Below, piece after piece: positions 32,328 to 42,272 of a DNA stretch of 64,000 nucleotides. Made by a program: the position numbers and the translations under genes. The notes below the pieces were generated by a model that worked only from the letters and a program-made list of their open reading frames with translations, had not been told where the DNA came from and did not search any database. Numbering within the stretch: the first letter of the stretch is position 1; every line of letters begins with the position of its first letter. This DNA is from Andalucia godoyi And28 (taxonomy: Eukaryota > Protista > Jakobida), in assembly GCA_009859145.1 (NCBI GenBank), contig VRVR01000049.1:1-64000 (forward strand). Direction: 5' to 3'.

Positions 32328-33623
32328 ATGATGTTTATGCCGACGCTCACATGTTTGCGATCAAGGATATGTGTGCCGCGGGCCGTATCCTCATCGACTG
32401 TATTGATGTTCCGTCGGTGTCTTCACTCTTTGGAGACTGCAAAACCCGCGTCTGCACGGCCACTGAGGAGCAGCGCTGGTGCTTCCACCGGTGATGCTGA
32501 AAGTGCATTGCTGAGGCAAGGTTCAGAGTGTCCAGTGTCGAGATTTCGTTCTGCAGAGTCGCCGCAACGAATAGATGATGTTGTGGCGGCCGAGGTTTCA
32601 GCGGCGCCATCGTCGTCGTGTCCAATGGAAGGGAGTACTGCGACATCAGGGAATTCAGTGGTTGATGCAATCCGGTCGCAGTGGCGGATCTACTGCCAGC
32701 TCTCAAAGTACAAATTGTCGTCGCTTGTTCTCGTGTCAGCAGGATTTGGGTTCTTTTCTGCGGGTGGCTCGCTGTTGTCTGTTGCGCTTCCGTCTCTGAT
32801 TCTGGGGACAGGGTTCCAGGCAAGCTCTGCAAACACGCTGAACCAGCTGCTGGAGGTCAAGCAGGACTCTGTGATGATGCGAACGCGAAAGAGACCGTTG
32901 CCGACCGGTGCAGTGTCGCCAAGAGCTGCACTTGGATACGCAATCGCATCGGCCGGAGTCGGCTCGGCACTCTTGTTTGCAGGCACAAATCTCGTCACGG
33001 CACTGCTCGGAGTCTCAACCATTGTCCTGTACGCAGGCTTGTATACACCAATGAAGATGATGAGCAAGTGGAACACATGGATCGGCGCGGTGGTCGGCGC
33101 GATTCCACCCGTCATGGGATACGTCGCTACGCAGGCAACGAGCGCAGATGCATGGGCAGTGTTGAGCACAGATCCCGCTCCATGGATCCTGGGTGCTGTC
33201 TTGCTGTTTTGGCAGATGCCGCATTTCTATGCCATCTCGTGGATGTGCAAGAAGGACTATGCGTCTGCGGGGTACAAGATGATCTCTGTGACGGACCCTG
33301 CTTCCACCGGGTCCGCATCGCTTCGCAATACTCTTGCGCTGTTCCCAGTGAGCTTCGCTGCAGTTGCGGTTGGAATGTGCGATCCTTGGTTTGCGGCGAC
33401 TTCGTCAATTGTGAATGGGTACTATACTTGGAAGGCATGGAGCTTCTCAAGACAGTTTGGCGAGAACGCAGAAGAGTCCACCCGCGATCAGGCGGCCCGA
33501 TCACTGTTCAAGGCTTCCATCATGCACTTGCCGCTGCTTCTTGCGCTGCTCGTCATCCATGACAACAGAAAAACGAAGGAATCGGCCAAGAATGATGGAG
33601 AAGCGAAAGACCCGGACGAGTAG
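32328..33623 (+). CDS. COX10: Protoheme IX farnesyltransferase, mitochondrial
   Basis: QLSKYKLSSLV, SANTLNQLLEVKQDSVMMRTRKRPLP, LYTPMK, WNTWIGAVVGAIPPVMG, WQMPHFYAISW..DY..AGYKM; N-terminal presequence-like extension from ATG 32328. Confidence 0.96.
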   Translation: MMFMPTLTCLRSRICVPRAVSSSTVLMFRRCLHSLETAKPASARPLRSSAGASTGDAESALLRQGSECPVSRFRSAESPQRIDDVVAAEVSAAPSSSCPMEGSTATSGNSVVDAIRSQWRIYCQLSKYKLSSLVLVSAGFGFFSAGGSLLSVALPSLILGTGFQASSANTLNQLLEVKQDSVMMRTRKRPLPTGAVSPRAALGYAIASAGVGSALLFAGTNLVTALLGVSTIVLYAGLYTPMKMMSKWNTWIGAVVGAIPPVMGYVATQATSADAWAVLSTDPAPWILGAVLLFWQMPHFYAISWMCKKDYASAGYKMISVTDPASTGSASLRNTLALFPVSFAAVAVGMCDPWFAATSSIVNGYYTWKAWSFSRQFGENAEESTRDQAARSLFKASIMHLPLLLALLVIHDNRKTKESAKNDGEAKDPDE

Positions 33624-34125
33624 ACTGCGTTTGTGTTCGTCCATGACCAGACTGGAAGCACAGACCCTGCAAAAAAAAGGAGCTTCTTGTGATCACCAAT
33701 ATTATTATTTTTCTGGGAAAGTCTTACGAGTAGACAAACATTTTAATTTATTTTCCTTTATTTATTTATTTATTTTTGTGCATTGCTTCCTTGTGAAAAA
33801 GCAGGGTGTCTTTATGTTTATTCTGTTTTGTTTCTTGCTAGACACACCAGCGACAACATCACATACACGCAAGAAGCATTATAACGACCGAAAAGAGAAC
33901 GATGGGGAAGAAAGCTGACATGAAAAGGAAAAGAAAGAAGAAGAAGAAAGAAAAAACAGGAACGAGAATAACACGAACAAAGAAGAGCAGAAGCTTGATA
34001 ATTAAGAACGAAAGAAGGAGGAGGAAAATGAGGCCCAAAATAAACCAAACAAACATCATTCAAAAGACATAACAATAACAGTATCATCAAATGAAAAAAC
34101 GAGCGTCACACGCGAAGAGGCGGTG

Positions 34126-35040
34126 TTACAAAAAGTAGAGCGGACGTTCGGTGCCGACCTTGGAGTGTTCTTCACTGACTTCCTTGAAAATTCGGAACTG
34201 CCGATTCAGCTTGTCATCGAAACACAGCACAGAGGCCAAGTTTCCGCACCGATAGCAGTAATTTGGAGCAGACCAGACAGTGACAAGCGAGTTCTCCTCA
34301 AACATGTATTTGAAGCCTTCCTGGACGAGTTGGTGTGCTCTGCAAATGAGGTCGAGTCCGTTGAGATGGTTGAACTCCTTGGTGACCTTGCCTCCAAACA
34401 AGAATCCAGCGCCTCGGGGAGACTGCTGCCAGGCATCAATGTCCTCTGGATCCGACCACACGAGATCGCAGAACGGTCCTTCGTGGGGAATCTCCATCTT
34501 TCTATCAATCGTGCGGATCTGATCAATCACCCGAATGTCCGGGGAAAGACCGCCGTGAACGCACAGCACTCGTTTCGATATCACGGCTGCAAGTGCAATG
34601 TAGTCAAACAGCTCGGTGCAATACCTCCACACGCGTGCAGATCCATACTTGCGTACACACTCGTCGTAGAACCCGTAAATCTGTGTGATTTGTCTAGTTT
34701 CATGGTTTCCGCGGATCAAAAACACCTGATCTGGGTACCGGACCTTGGCAAGCAGCAGATAAATCAACGTCTCCACAGAATGGTTTCCACGATCAACAAA
34801 GTCGCCCATAAACACATACCGAGTCCCTTCACTCAGCGCCCCGCCTGTCTGAAAAAGCGACAATAGGTCGTAGAACTGGCCGTGAATATCGCCACACACC
34901 ACAACAGGCGCCTCAACAGACACCACGTTATTTTCCTCCATAAGAATGTCCTTTGCAAGGTCAGTCAATTCCTTCACCTCGTCCTCAGACGGCAGCGCAC
35001 CCGTAGCAAGCCGCTCAAGCCAGTAGTCCACGTCAAGCAT
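34126..35040 (-). CDS. PPP6C: Ser/Thr protein phosphatase 6 catalytic subunit (PP6/Sit4)
   Basis: [53 protein letters not shown]-terminal YFL; ATG at 35040 (MLDVDYWLE). Confidence 0.93.
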   Translation of the reverse strand: MLDVDYWLERLATGALPSEDEVKELTDLAKDILMEENNVVSVEAPVVVCGDIHGQFYDLLSLFQTGGALSEGTRYVFMGDFVDRGNHSVETLIYLLLAKVRYPDQVFLIRGNHETRQITQIYGFYDECVRKYGSARVWRYCTELFDYIALAAVISKRVLCVHGGLSPDIRVIDQIRTIDRKMEIPHEGPFCDLVWSDPEDIDAWQQSPRGAGFLFGGKVTKEFNHLNGLDLICRAHQLVQEGFKYMFEENSLVTVWSAPNYCYRCGNLASVLCFDDKLNRQFRIFKEVSEEHSKVGTERPLYFL

Positions 35041-35061
35041 CCTCTCCCTAAATCTCTTCCG

Positions 35062-35067
<6 letters not shown>

Positions 35068-35101
<34 letters not shown>
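35068..35101. repeat. (TG)17 microsatellite in the PP6 5' region
   Basis: Perfect dinucleotide run. Confidence 0.95.
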
Positions 35102-35110
<9 letters not shown>

Positions 35111-35500
35111 GTGCGCTCTCTCCTTCTTCTTCGTATTGTTGTTCCAGTTGTGCCCCGTCTCTCCTCTAACGTACTTGAATTCCAAACAGATCCTATCAAA
35201 AGGCGGGTCAATCAGAAACTGCGATCAAAACTGTGGGGAAAAAGAGAAACAGAGGAAGGAAAAAGAAGAGGACTTTTGAGAGGAAAACTCAAAAGAGATA
35301 TTATACGCATTATTTCGCTTCCGGAAAAGAAAAGGATGGGGTTTGTATTCTGGCCGCCACTGATTTTTTTGTTGAAAGGGTCGGTTGTTGTCGATTGAGG
35401 TCCGACTTTTATCCGTGTCCCCCCCCCGCTCCATTCGCGCGGACAAATTATGAAAAAAAAAAGAAATGGAGTGGGGAGAAGAAAAAAAAAATGGAGATGA

Positions 35501-35573
35501 CTCGCCCACCGGGACTCGAACCCGGGTCTCATCCTTGAGAGGGATGTGTCATAACCACCTAAACTATGGGCGA
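35501..35573 (-). tRNA. tRNA-Glu (anticodon CTC)
   Basis: Reverse complement folds with acceptor TCGCCCA/TGGGCGA, anticodon arm CATCC-CT-CTC-AA-GGATG and T-arm CCGGG-TTCGAGT-CCCGG. Confidence 0.95.
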
Positions 35574-35840
35574 TTCACACTGTTCCGAGGAGATCTTTCT
35601 GTCCTAAAGCGAAACCCACTTGCAAATCGCAAAATCGCAAAGCTTCTGCTGCACGTAGTCTCGTCTTCTTGGTCGTCTTCTTTTCGTTTTTCTATTGTTT
35701 TTCTCCGTCACCTGCTCACAGCACATCCCGTCGTTTTCCTTGGTCTGAATCGCAACAGCAAAAAAAAAAAAAAAGAAAAAAAAAAGAATCACAACGACGA
35801 CGAGAACGAGGACGAGAAGAAGAGAGAGAGAAAGAAAAGA

Positions 35841-37280
35841 ATGTTTGAAACAGTTCAGTTCCAAGCGTATTCGACGCCGACTGCAGTGCTGAAGAGAATA
35901 GGACCGTATCTTCTTGGGCCCCTACTTGGACAAGGATCGTATGGGAAAGTGAAGGAAGGAATCCACTCGGAGACACTTCGACGAGTCGCAATCAAGATTT
36001 ACAAGATTAGCAAATTGCGAAGGACGCCTGGAGCCGAAGAACGAGTGAAGAAGGAGGTGCAGATTCTAAAGTCGCTGAAGCACCCGAATGTGATTGCGCT
36101 TATTGAGACCATGTCGGTTCCCGAGAAGGGTAAGATTTACGTCGTTCTTGAACATGTTGGTGGAGGAACATTGCAGAGTTTGATTGAGAAGTCGACGTTT
36201 CGGCCTGTGCTCGAGCGTCGCGGACTGAATGACGCCACAGCCAATGGAGTGAGCAGTAGCTCGGGCACAGGCACCAGTGCGGGTGCGGGTGCGGGTGCGG
36301 GTGGCGCGCCAAAGAAGGGAGAGTCGTCACTGTTTATTGGAGATGATGAAAAGGCGGACGGTGGTGTGCAGAGAGAGCCGTCAGGGAGTGCGCATGCATC
36401 GGCTGTCGTTGCTGGCGGAGGAAGCCAAAGCGAGAAGCCAGCCCTGTCGTTTGAGCAAGCAAAGGCGTTGTTTGTGCAGCTTGTCGAGGCTTTGGAGTAT
36501 CTTCAGTCGAGGGGAATCGTGCACGGGGATATCAAGCCGGACAACATTCTGCTGACAACGGACGGTCAGTTGAAGCTGTCGGACTTTGGATCTGCAATTC
36601 GACTCGACGCGTATGAATCGTCGGACATGACGAGGTCGGTGCTAGGATCCCCCGCGTTTTATGCACCGGAAGTGGCGTCTGGTGAGGAGCAGGTGTCGGG
36701 GTTCAAGGTGGACATTTGGGCTGCGGGTGTTACGCTGTACTACATGGTTGTCGGCGAGCTTCCCTTCAAGGGAAGAAATCTCTTTGATTTGATGGAGAAG
36801 ATCGAAGAAGCAGACTTTTCCATTCCAATTGATCTCAAGGACCACGGCGCGATTGCAGATGTGATCCGCGGATCGCTGTGCAGAGACGACGAAGACCGGT
36901 GGGACATTCACAGAATCAAGTCTTCAAAGTGGCTTGAAGGCTCTGCAAACACGTATGTTCCAGGAGGCGACAGGATTCGGGAGCTTTTCCCTGGTCTGGA
37001 GCGAAAGAAGAAGGGCAGAGAGTCGACGCTGCGGCTCCTCCTGGTGGTTGCGCAGGCCGTGCACATGGAGGAAGGCCACGAACGAGACGAGCTGCTTCAG
37101 TCCGCCATCGAAAAGTTCCAGCGAGAAAGCGAACCGTATCTCGATGTTCTCGAGCACGAAGGTGAAGAAGACGACGACGACAACGACAATGACGATGCTG
37201 ACGACGATGGAGAGCAAGAAGCTGCGGACAATAAGAAGACCAGCAAGAAGAAACAGAAGAAGAAGTGTTCTGTGATGTAA
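35841..37280 (+). CDS. STK11: LKB1/STK11-like Ser/Thr kinase with kinase insert and C-terminal polybasic-CaaX
   Basis: KRIGPYLLGPLLGQGSYGKVKEGIHSETLRRVAIKI...KLRRTPGAEERVKKEVQIL..LKHPNVI closely parallels the LKB1 N-lobe; HGDIKPDNILL, DFG, GSPAFYAPE, SGFKVDIWAAGVTLY; ends KKKQKKKCSVM. Confidence 0.85.
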   Translation: MFETVQFQAYSTPTAVLKRIGPYLLGPLLGQGSYGKVKEGIHSETLRRVAIKIYKISKLRRTPGAEERVKKEVQILKSLKHPNVIALIETMSVPEKGKIYVVLEHVGGGTLQSLIEKSTFRPVLERRGLNDATANGVSSSSGTGTSAGAGAGAGGAPKKGESSLFIGDDEKADGGVQREPSGSAHASAVVAGGGSQSEKPALSFEQAKALFVQLVEALEYLQSRGIVHGDIKPDNILLTTDGQLKLSDFGSAIRLDAYESSDMTRSVLGSPAFYAPEVASGEEQVSGFKVDIWAAGVTLYYMVVGELPFKGRNLFDLMEKIEEADFSIPIDLKDHGAIADVIRGSLCRDDEDRWDIHRIKSSKWLEGSANTYVPGGDRIRELFPGLERKKKGRESTLRLLLVVAQAVHMEEGHERDELLQSAIEKFQRESEPYLDVLEHEGEEDDDDNDNDDADDDGEQEAADNKKTSKKKQKKKCSVM

Positions 37281-37355
37281 TAAATACATACATACATACA
37301 CACGTAATGGATCATGGATAACAACAAGGAATGATAAATTAAAGCTATTCACGCG

Positions 37356-37685
37356 TCATAGATATGGAGGATGCACAGTTGCGCAGGCCCCAGACGCCTT
37401 TGCAGACGCCGTCGAGGCTGCATTCTCTGCGAAATCGGGGACTTGTGTTTCGTAGTTTCTCTTGAGCAGTCGGTACTTGTGCAGATAGACCAGCGCCTCG
37501 AGCTCCTTCAACACATATTCGGCCCTCTCGGTGATGCGTGAAAACGTCTCGGGATCAGACAAATCGGCCGCTGCTTGCTTTTGAAACGCCGCCTTGATCC
37601 GCGGCTTCAGCTTCGCAGGGCCCTCGGGATAGTCCTTTGCAATCCACATGAACGACTTGTACAGACTCCGAACCCTCGGATGCAT
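37356..37685 (-). CDS. ETFRF1: LYR-motif protein ETFRF1/LYRM5
   Basis: VRSLYKSFMWIAKDYP...RAEYVLKELEALVYLHKYRLLKRNY matches the LYRM5 pattern. Confidence 0.88.
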   Translation of the reverse strand: MHPRVRSLYKSFMWIAKDYPEGPAKLKPRIKAAFQKQAAADLSDPETFSRITERAEYVLKELEALVYLHKYRLLKRNYETQVPDFAENAASTASAKASGACATVHPPYL

Positions 37686-37952
37686 TCTCTATTTCTCTCA
37701 GTCCCTCTCTTTATTTCTCTCAGTCCCTCTCTCTGTTTCTCTTCTCCACCACAAACTCTCCTCTCTCTCCACACCTCACAGTCTCACTAGTCGCCAGCAG
37801 ACACTTTGGAAGTTTTTTGTGTCGCGTAGACACTTGTCGACCCCCTTTTATTCGCATTTTGCTGCAGCAAACCTCTTTCCCTTCCACAAAGGACGCAATC
37901 CGAGTCGCGTACAGTCAGAGAAGAAACGGAAAGGGAACAAGTACGTCTGCAG

Positions 37953-38569
37953 TATATACACTGAACATGCATATCTACGAATAGACATGCATATTCAGTC
38001 TTGCATCCCGTCGCCGGAAAGGAGATAGGCCCCCAACACGTCTCACGGCATTCTTCAGATAGATGTTCCGCGCTCCGTTCCCAATCTCGATCAATCGGTG
38101 AGCCACGTTCTCGGCGTGACATGTTGTTCCTGAGAAGGGTGCATTTTGATTCTGACGGCCCTAGCAGCAGGCGCTTTCGTGTCCTCAGTTGCAGCGATTG
38201 ATGCACCTGGAGATACGAGGGTAGGAAGAGGCGGTCGGCGTAGTGACACGCGGTCTCTTAGTAGGTCTGCGGGACCTAGGAGGCCCTGTATCGAGCGGTG
38301 TAGGAGAATGCGTCGTCCCAGCGCACTCACGCCCATATTTGAATAAAATAGTGAAACCAAAAAAGTGAAACCAACGAATGATAGAATAGATGGCCACGGA
38401 TGCTGCGTTAAAGAGTGTCGAAAATGTGTTACCTAATGAATTCTGGCCGAGCGTGCGTAAGCACGAATTCCCTGTGAAACAAACGTGCTACTGTCGGCCA
38501 GTATTGACCGTGTCTGTTTATGTGTACTTCCTTCCGTATGCATGACAATGACGTGTTATTATTCAACGG
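37953..38569 (-). repeat. Copy A of a duplicated non-coding element (candidate structured ncRNA or non-autonomous element)
   Basis: Near-identical to the reverse complement of 47439-47948, apart from substitutions and copy-A-specific insertions. Confidence 0.9.
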
Positions 38570-38626
38570 CAACGGCAACAAGAAGAGGAAAGAGGAAAGA
38601 GGAAGGAGGAAAGAAGAAGATCCTGG

Positions 38627-39379
38627 ATGACGCTACTGAACTTTATTTCCGTGTCGACGCTGGCGTTTGGGCCTACGTTGCTGCTGATTCGTGGGAGCCG
38701 TCTTTCGGATCCGGAATGCACGCCAGCGCTGGTTCGCAGTGCATTTTTCTACATTGTGGCGCATCTGTTCAAGTCACTGTGCATTGCGACGCTGGCGCCG
38801 GAATCGCTCTTGCAGTCGGAAATGTTTGCGGCGGTTCTTCTGTCCGCGACGTCCATCACGGAGCTCCTTGTGATGTTCCGTCTGTTCGCAGTAACGCTCT
38901 CGGGGAGAGTTGCACAAAGGATATCGACGGTCGGTGTCGCGCGATTCTGGATCGTCGGAAGTGCGTGGGCACTGTGTGATGCGTTTCCGCGCTTCTTGTC
39001 GTTCTGGATCGGCGCGCGAGGCCCGGCATTCGATTGGAAACACGTTCAATCGGCCATAGACGCAAATGCCTCGTTGCTGTATCTCGTCGCGTTGGCTGCC
39101 GCCATGCAAATGCGAGTCGCCACTACCACTGCAAAGGCATCCGCAAGGTCTGCTTCGAGCGGTAAACAGGGATGTGCAGTCGCAACGTGGAAGCTGGATG
39201 TGCTCTTATGCTCCGCGCTTGTCGATCCGTTTGTCGCGCAACTCGCTGCACACGACCCGGTTACGATTCTTGCATTCCACATTGCTCGAGCCGTGCTCGT
39301 TGCAGCTGCTGCCTGGGCCTGCTGGACTGCCTCCCAACGCTCCACCTCGTCCGTCTCTTCCCGCGCCAAAAAACAGTGA
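38627..39379 (+). CDS. TMEM147: Transmembrane protein 147 (BOS complex)
   Basis: MTLLNF...LAFGP, FKSLCIAT, FWIGARGPAFDWKHVQSAIDAN match TMEM147 (MTLFHF...; [21 protein letters not shown]). Confidence 0.9.
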   Translation: MTLLNFISVSTLAFGPTLLLIRGSRLSDPECTPALVRSAFFYIVAHLFKSLCIATLAPESLLQSEMFAAVLLSATSITELLVMFRLFAVTLSGRVAQRISTVGVARFWIVGSAWALCDAFPRFLSFWIGARGPAFDWKHVQSAIDANASLLYLVALAAAMQMRVATTTAKASARSASSGKQGCAVATWKLDVLLCSALVDPFVAQLAAHDPVTILAFHIARAVLVAAAAWACWTASQRSTSSVSSRAKKQ

Positions 39380-39480
39380 TCGTTGGGGGGGGGGGCAAAA
39401 TCCTCGGCTGTTGTAAAAGCAAAACAAAACAAAACTCCTTGTCCCAGAATACAAAAAGATCAAAGAAAGCAACCCAACCT

Positions 39481-39504
39481 CCCTAACCCTAACCCTCTAA
39501 CCCT
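39481..39504 (+). repeat. Short interstitial telomere-like tract
   Basis: CCCTAACCCTAACCCTCTAACCCT. Confidence 0.7.
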
Positions 39505-39698
39505 CGGTTCCGTTAACCTCAAGTTCCTGTTTTTTGGCGCCAATCTCGAACAAATAGCCAATCTAGCAGCCTCAAATGACATGCTTTTTGCTGGGTTTTC
39601 TGCATAATAACGTTACTTGTTTAATTGTTTAAGTATACTGGAATTTTTTTGCTGCTTTAAAAAAAGGCCATACAGGTTAGAGCAGTGATAGGAAATAG

Positions 39699-42158
39699 AT
39701 GAGTCGAAGGATACCGACGAGAGCGACGTCTCGAGCTGGATTCCGAGAAGCTTCCCAAGTCTCCGACTCTGATTTCGACGAAGCTGAAGACGATCTGGAG
39801 AATTTTGAAAACGACTATGCGGTTTTCAAGCCCTCTGCGGCTCGACCGTCTCGATCCGTGGCCGCCACCACCACCGCCGCCGCCGCCGCAAAGCCGAGCA
39901 CAAATCCTAGTCGTCGTGCTGGGTTTGGAACGGGATCAGGAATTGCAAGCTCGTCGAACAGTCGGGACAGCAAGCCTTCGTCTGCGCGACGGGCTGTTGC
40001 TGACGATGATGCGGAGCTGGGGTTTGGTGGGAATTCCGAAGCAGAGGGAAGGTCCCGGAATCGTCGGGCTGGGTTGAGAAGCGGAAACGGTGCAGACTCC
40101 GAGGCAGAGAAGGGGCCGGTGCCGGTGCCGACAAATGGGCACCGAGGCGCGTCGAGGCCCGCTGCAGAGGTGGATGATGTTTTGTCGGAAGGTCCGAAGG
40201 TGAAGCGACGGCGGATGACGGCAAGGAAGCGTGTGAGTGCTGCTGTGAGACCGCTCTCGGATTACGTGAGTGCGGGTGGAGTCGATCGCTTGGTGGCGTT
40301 CCAGGAATGGGATGTGTCGGACATCCAGGGATCGTTAAATCGAAAGACGCTGGATGTTGTCTTGCTTAGGGTGAAGCGGTACTTTGCAGACAAGAGATCA
40401 AAGGACCTTGTCGGACTGCAAGGAGAGTGGCCGACTCCAGAGCCAGGGACGTTGTTTGATGTGGATGTTACGGATGGAGTGTTTATTGCAAGAGCGGTTG
40501 CACATCCGTCGTTGAATGCAGCGATGCTGAAGGGCGATGTAGTCGAGGGATCGGTGGTTCGCCTGACAGGGGTTACGAGAAGGTACGACGCAACGCAACT
40601 GGGACCGCAACCGTTGCTGATGGTGACCGAAATGACGCAGATCGAAGCACTTCCAGCAGCAATGTTTCGTGACCTGACAGACGCTGCGCTCTCGTTCGAA
40701 ATCAAGTCCCCGCTCGCGACAAAACTGCGGGACATTCCACTGGCTGCCCACAGAGAGTACTATCTGGCACCGCACACGGACGATGTCATTCTACCAAGAA
40801 CCATTTTGGAACGGCCTGTTGACCCAGCGACAGAGACTCCGCCGAATGTGTCGCTGTTGCGATGGGGCAAACGAGTGACCATTGCCTCGGGAATGTCGTC
40901 GTTTGCATCGAAGCACTCCAAGTACAAGAAGCAATTTGCGGCAGAAGAAGGACAGTTCATGCTGGTGCGACTGGTGCGGCGTGGAAACATGCACCACTAT
41001 GGAAGACCAGAAAGCGATCCGCACGATCCATTTCCGATCAATGTCACTTTGATGATCGCAGATGAGACTCACACTGACCTGGTCCCTCTGGTGTGCTGGG
41101 GTGCGTCTTACATTTTGCGACAATCCGACTGGGATGCTCTGGTTTCAGGTGCCCTTCTTCTGATTTCTGGTTTCCGGATCAAGCAAAACTACGGCGATGG
41201 CTCCGTTGAAATTTCCATCAACGCCAGAAATCCCCCTGGTCGCATTTTCGTCATCCGGGATGTTCCGGCGGATGTCGAGACTCGCGTTCCGCGCAGCATC
41301 GTCGACTCCCTGATTCATGTGTACTCTCCACTACAACTGATGCACGTTCCGGATTCACAGGTCGTGTGTCTGTCTGCAGCCATCATTTATGCTTCTCCGA
41401 CGAACCAGATCCACAACAAGCGGTACACCCGATGGTTCTTGTGCGGTTCTCCCAGCGAATGCGATTACCTGTTTGCACTGGAAGCCATCGCGACCTCCGT
41501 AGCACAAGCAAAGCTGCTGGAGTTTTTCGAGCCCGGAGACGTAATTGACGCACAGCATGTCAAGGTCAGTTCGCTGCACGGGCAGTTCCCGCATCCACGT
41601 CCACGTATCGTCTTTGCGCGATCCACGTGGTTCTCGTCGTTCGGTCGACGTGTCTCGGAAGAAGCGTTCACGACGGCGTGGGACAAGGATATCTTTGTCA
41701 AGGATCGAGTGTTTCCACCGCTGTCTATCGACCCTTCTGTGAAAGACTATGCGTACGTCCACGGCATTTCCGGGCTTTCGAGTGTAGTCGTGACACCCAT
41801 CAAGGAAATCTCTCTGATCAAAGATTCGCTGGTGATGAATGAATTCAAGACTTGCCTAACCCAAGGCCGTGTTGTCAGCACGTCTCGGTCGCAAATTATG
41901 ATGATGGACGTCAACGAGACCGATGCGCGTTCTGCTTCTAACATTTTTGGTTTTCTGATGCCCGAGGATGGTCAGTCCATTCAAACAAGGTCCAGAAAAC
42001 AAAATGCGTTTGTATTCCTGCAAACCGACGATGACGAGGAGCTTGAAGAAGTTCCCGTTTTGCTCCAGCCAGGCCAAATCATCTGTGTGGCCTGTGCAAT
42101 CAGTGCCTCTGGAATTCGTGCAACTCACGTATTTCCTCCATTCACCGCATCCTCTTGA
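39699..42158 (+). CDS. RADX: RADX-like (RPA-related OB-fold ssDNA-binding) protein
   Basis: VLLRVKRYF...FDVDVTDGVFIARAVAHPSLN and MLVRLVRRGNMHHYGRPE...IADE...LVCW...GALLLISGFRIKQNY...EISINARNPPGRIFVI parallel human RADX (YDVTISDGVY...LDPSLN; LLVRVLHKSKLRYYGKP...VAD...VIMW...EICLNLRDPP). Confidence 0.75.
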   Translation: MSRRIPTRATSRAGFREASQVSDSDFDEAEDDLENFENDYAVFKPSAARPSRSVAATTTAAAAAKPSTNPSRRAGFGTGSGIASSSNSRDSKPSSARRAVADDDAELGFGGNSEAEGRSRNRRAGLRSGNGADSEAEKGPVPVPTNGHRGASRPAAEVDDVLSEGPKVKRRRMTARKRVSAAVRPLSDYVSAGGVDRLVAFQEWDVSDIQGSLNRKTLDVVLLRVKRYFADKRSKDLVGLQGEWPTPEPGTLFDVDVTDGVFIARAVAHPSLNAAMLKGDVVEGSVVRLTGVTRRYDATQLGPQPLLMVTEMTQIEALPAAMFRDLTDAALSFEIKSPLATKLRDIPLAAHREYYLAPHTDDVILPRTILERPVDPATETPPNVSLLRWGKRVTIASGMSSFASKHSKYKKQFAAEEGQFMLVRLVRRGNMHHYGRPESDPHDPFPINVTLMIADETHTDLVPLVCWGASYILRQSDWDALVSGALLLISGFRIKQNYGDGSVEISINARNPPGRIFVIRDVPADVETRVPRSIVDSLIHVYSPLQLMHVPDSQVVCLSAAIIYASPTNQIHNKRYTRWFLCGSPSECDYLFALEAIATSVAQAKLLEFFEPGDVIDAQHVKVSSLHGQFPHPRPRIVFARSTWFSSFGRRVSEEAFTTAWDKDIFVKDRVFPPLSIDPSVKDYAYVHGISGLSSVVVTPIKEISLIKDSLVMNEFKTCLTQGRVVSTSRSQIMMMDVNETDARSASNIFGFLMPEDGQSIQTRSRKQNAFVFLQTDDDEELEEVPVLLQPGQIICVACAISASGIRATHVFPPFTASS

Positions 42159-42272
42159 GATGCTTCTCCTTTCATCCATTCCAGCAGCAATTCAGATGTA
42201 AATATCGTTGGTGAAACGTGATATGGACCGCAACAACAGAGAAACGAAGAAGAAGAAACCCTCTCCGAGGAC

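Noticed and set aside
35466-35840. Long upstream extensions given by the ORF track for the kinase (also COX10, PP6, ATM1, gamma-tubulin, DDX51, NDUFA7, COA6)
   Set aside because: They translate purine- or pyrimidine-rich UTR, microsatellites or a tRNA. Homology starts at a downstream ATG.
38146-38346. Signal-peptide-like ORF ILTALAAGAFVSSVAA in the duplicated element (also 47521-47754)
   Set aside because: TTG start, and the two copies diverge in frame after the 19-nt indel, so it is not conserved as a protein.
37953-38569. Calling the duplicated element SRP RNA, RNase P/MRP, U snRNA or telomerase RNA
   Set aside because: The diagnostic motifs are missing or only weakly similar (GAGA instead of CAGG in the helix-8-like part; no CTAACCCT template), so it is left as unknown.
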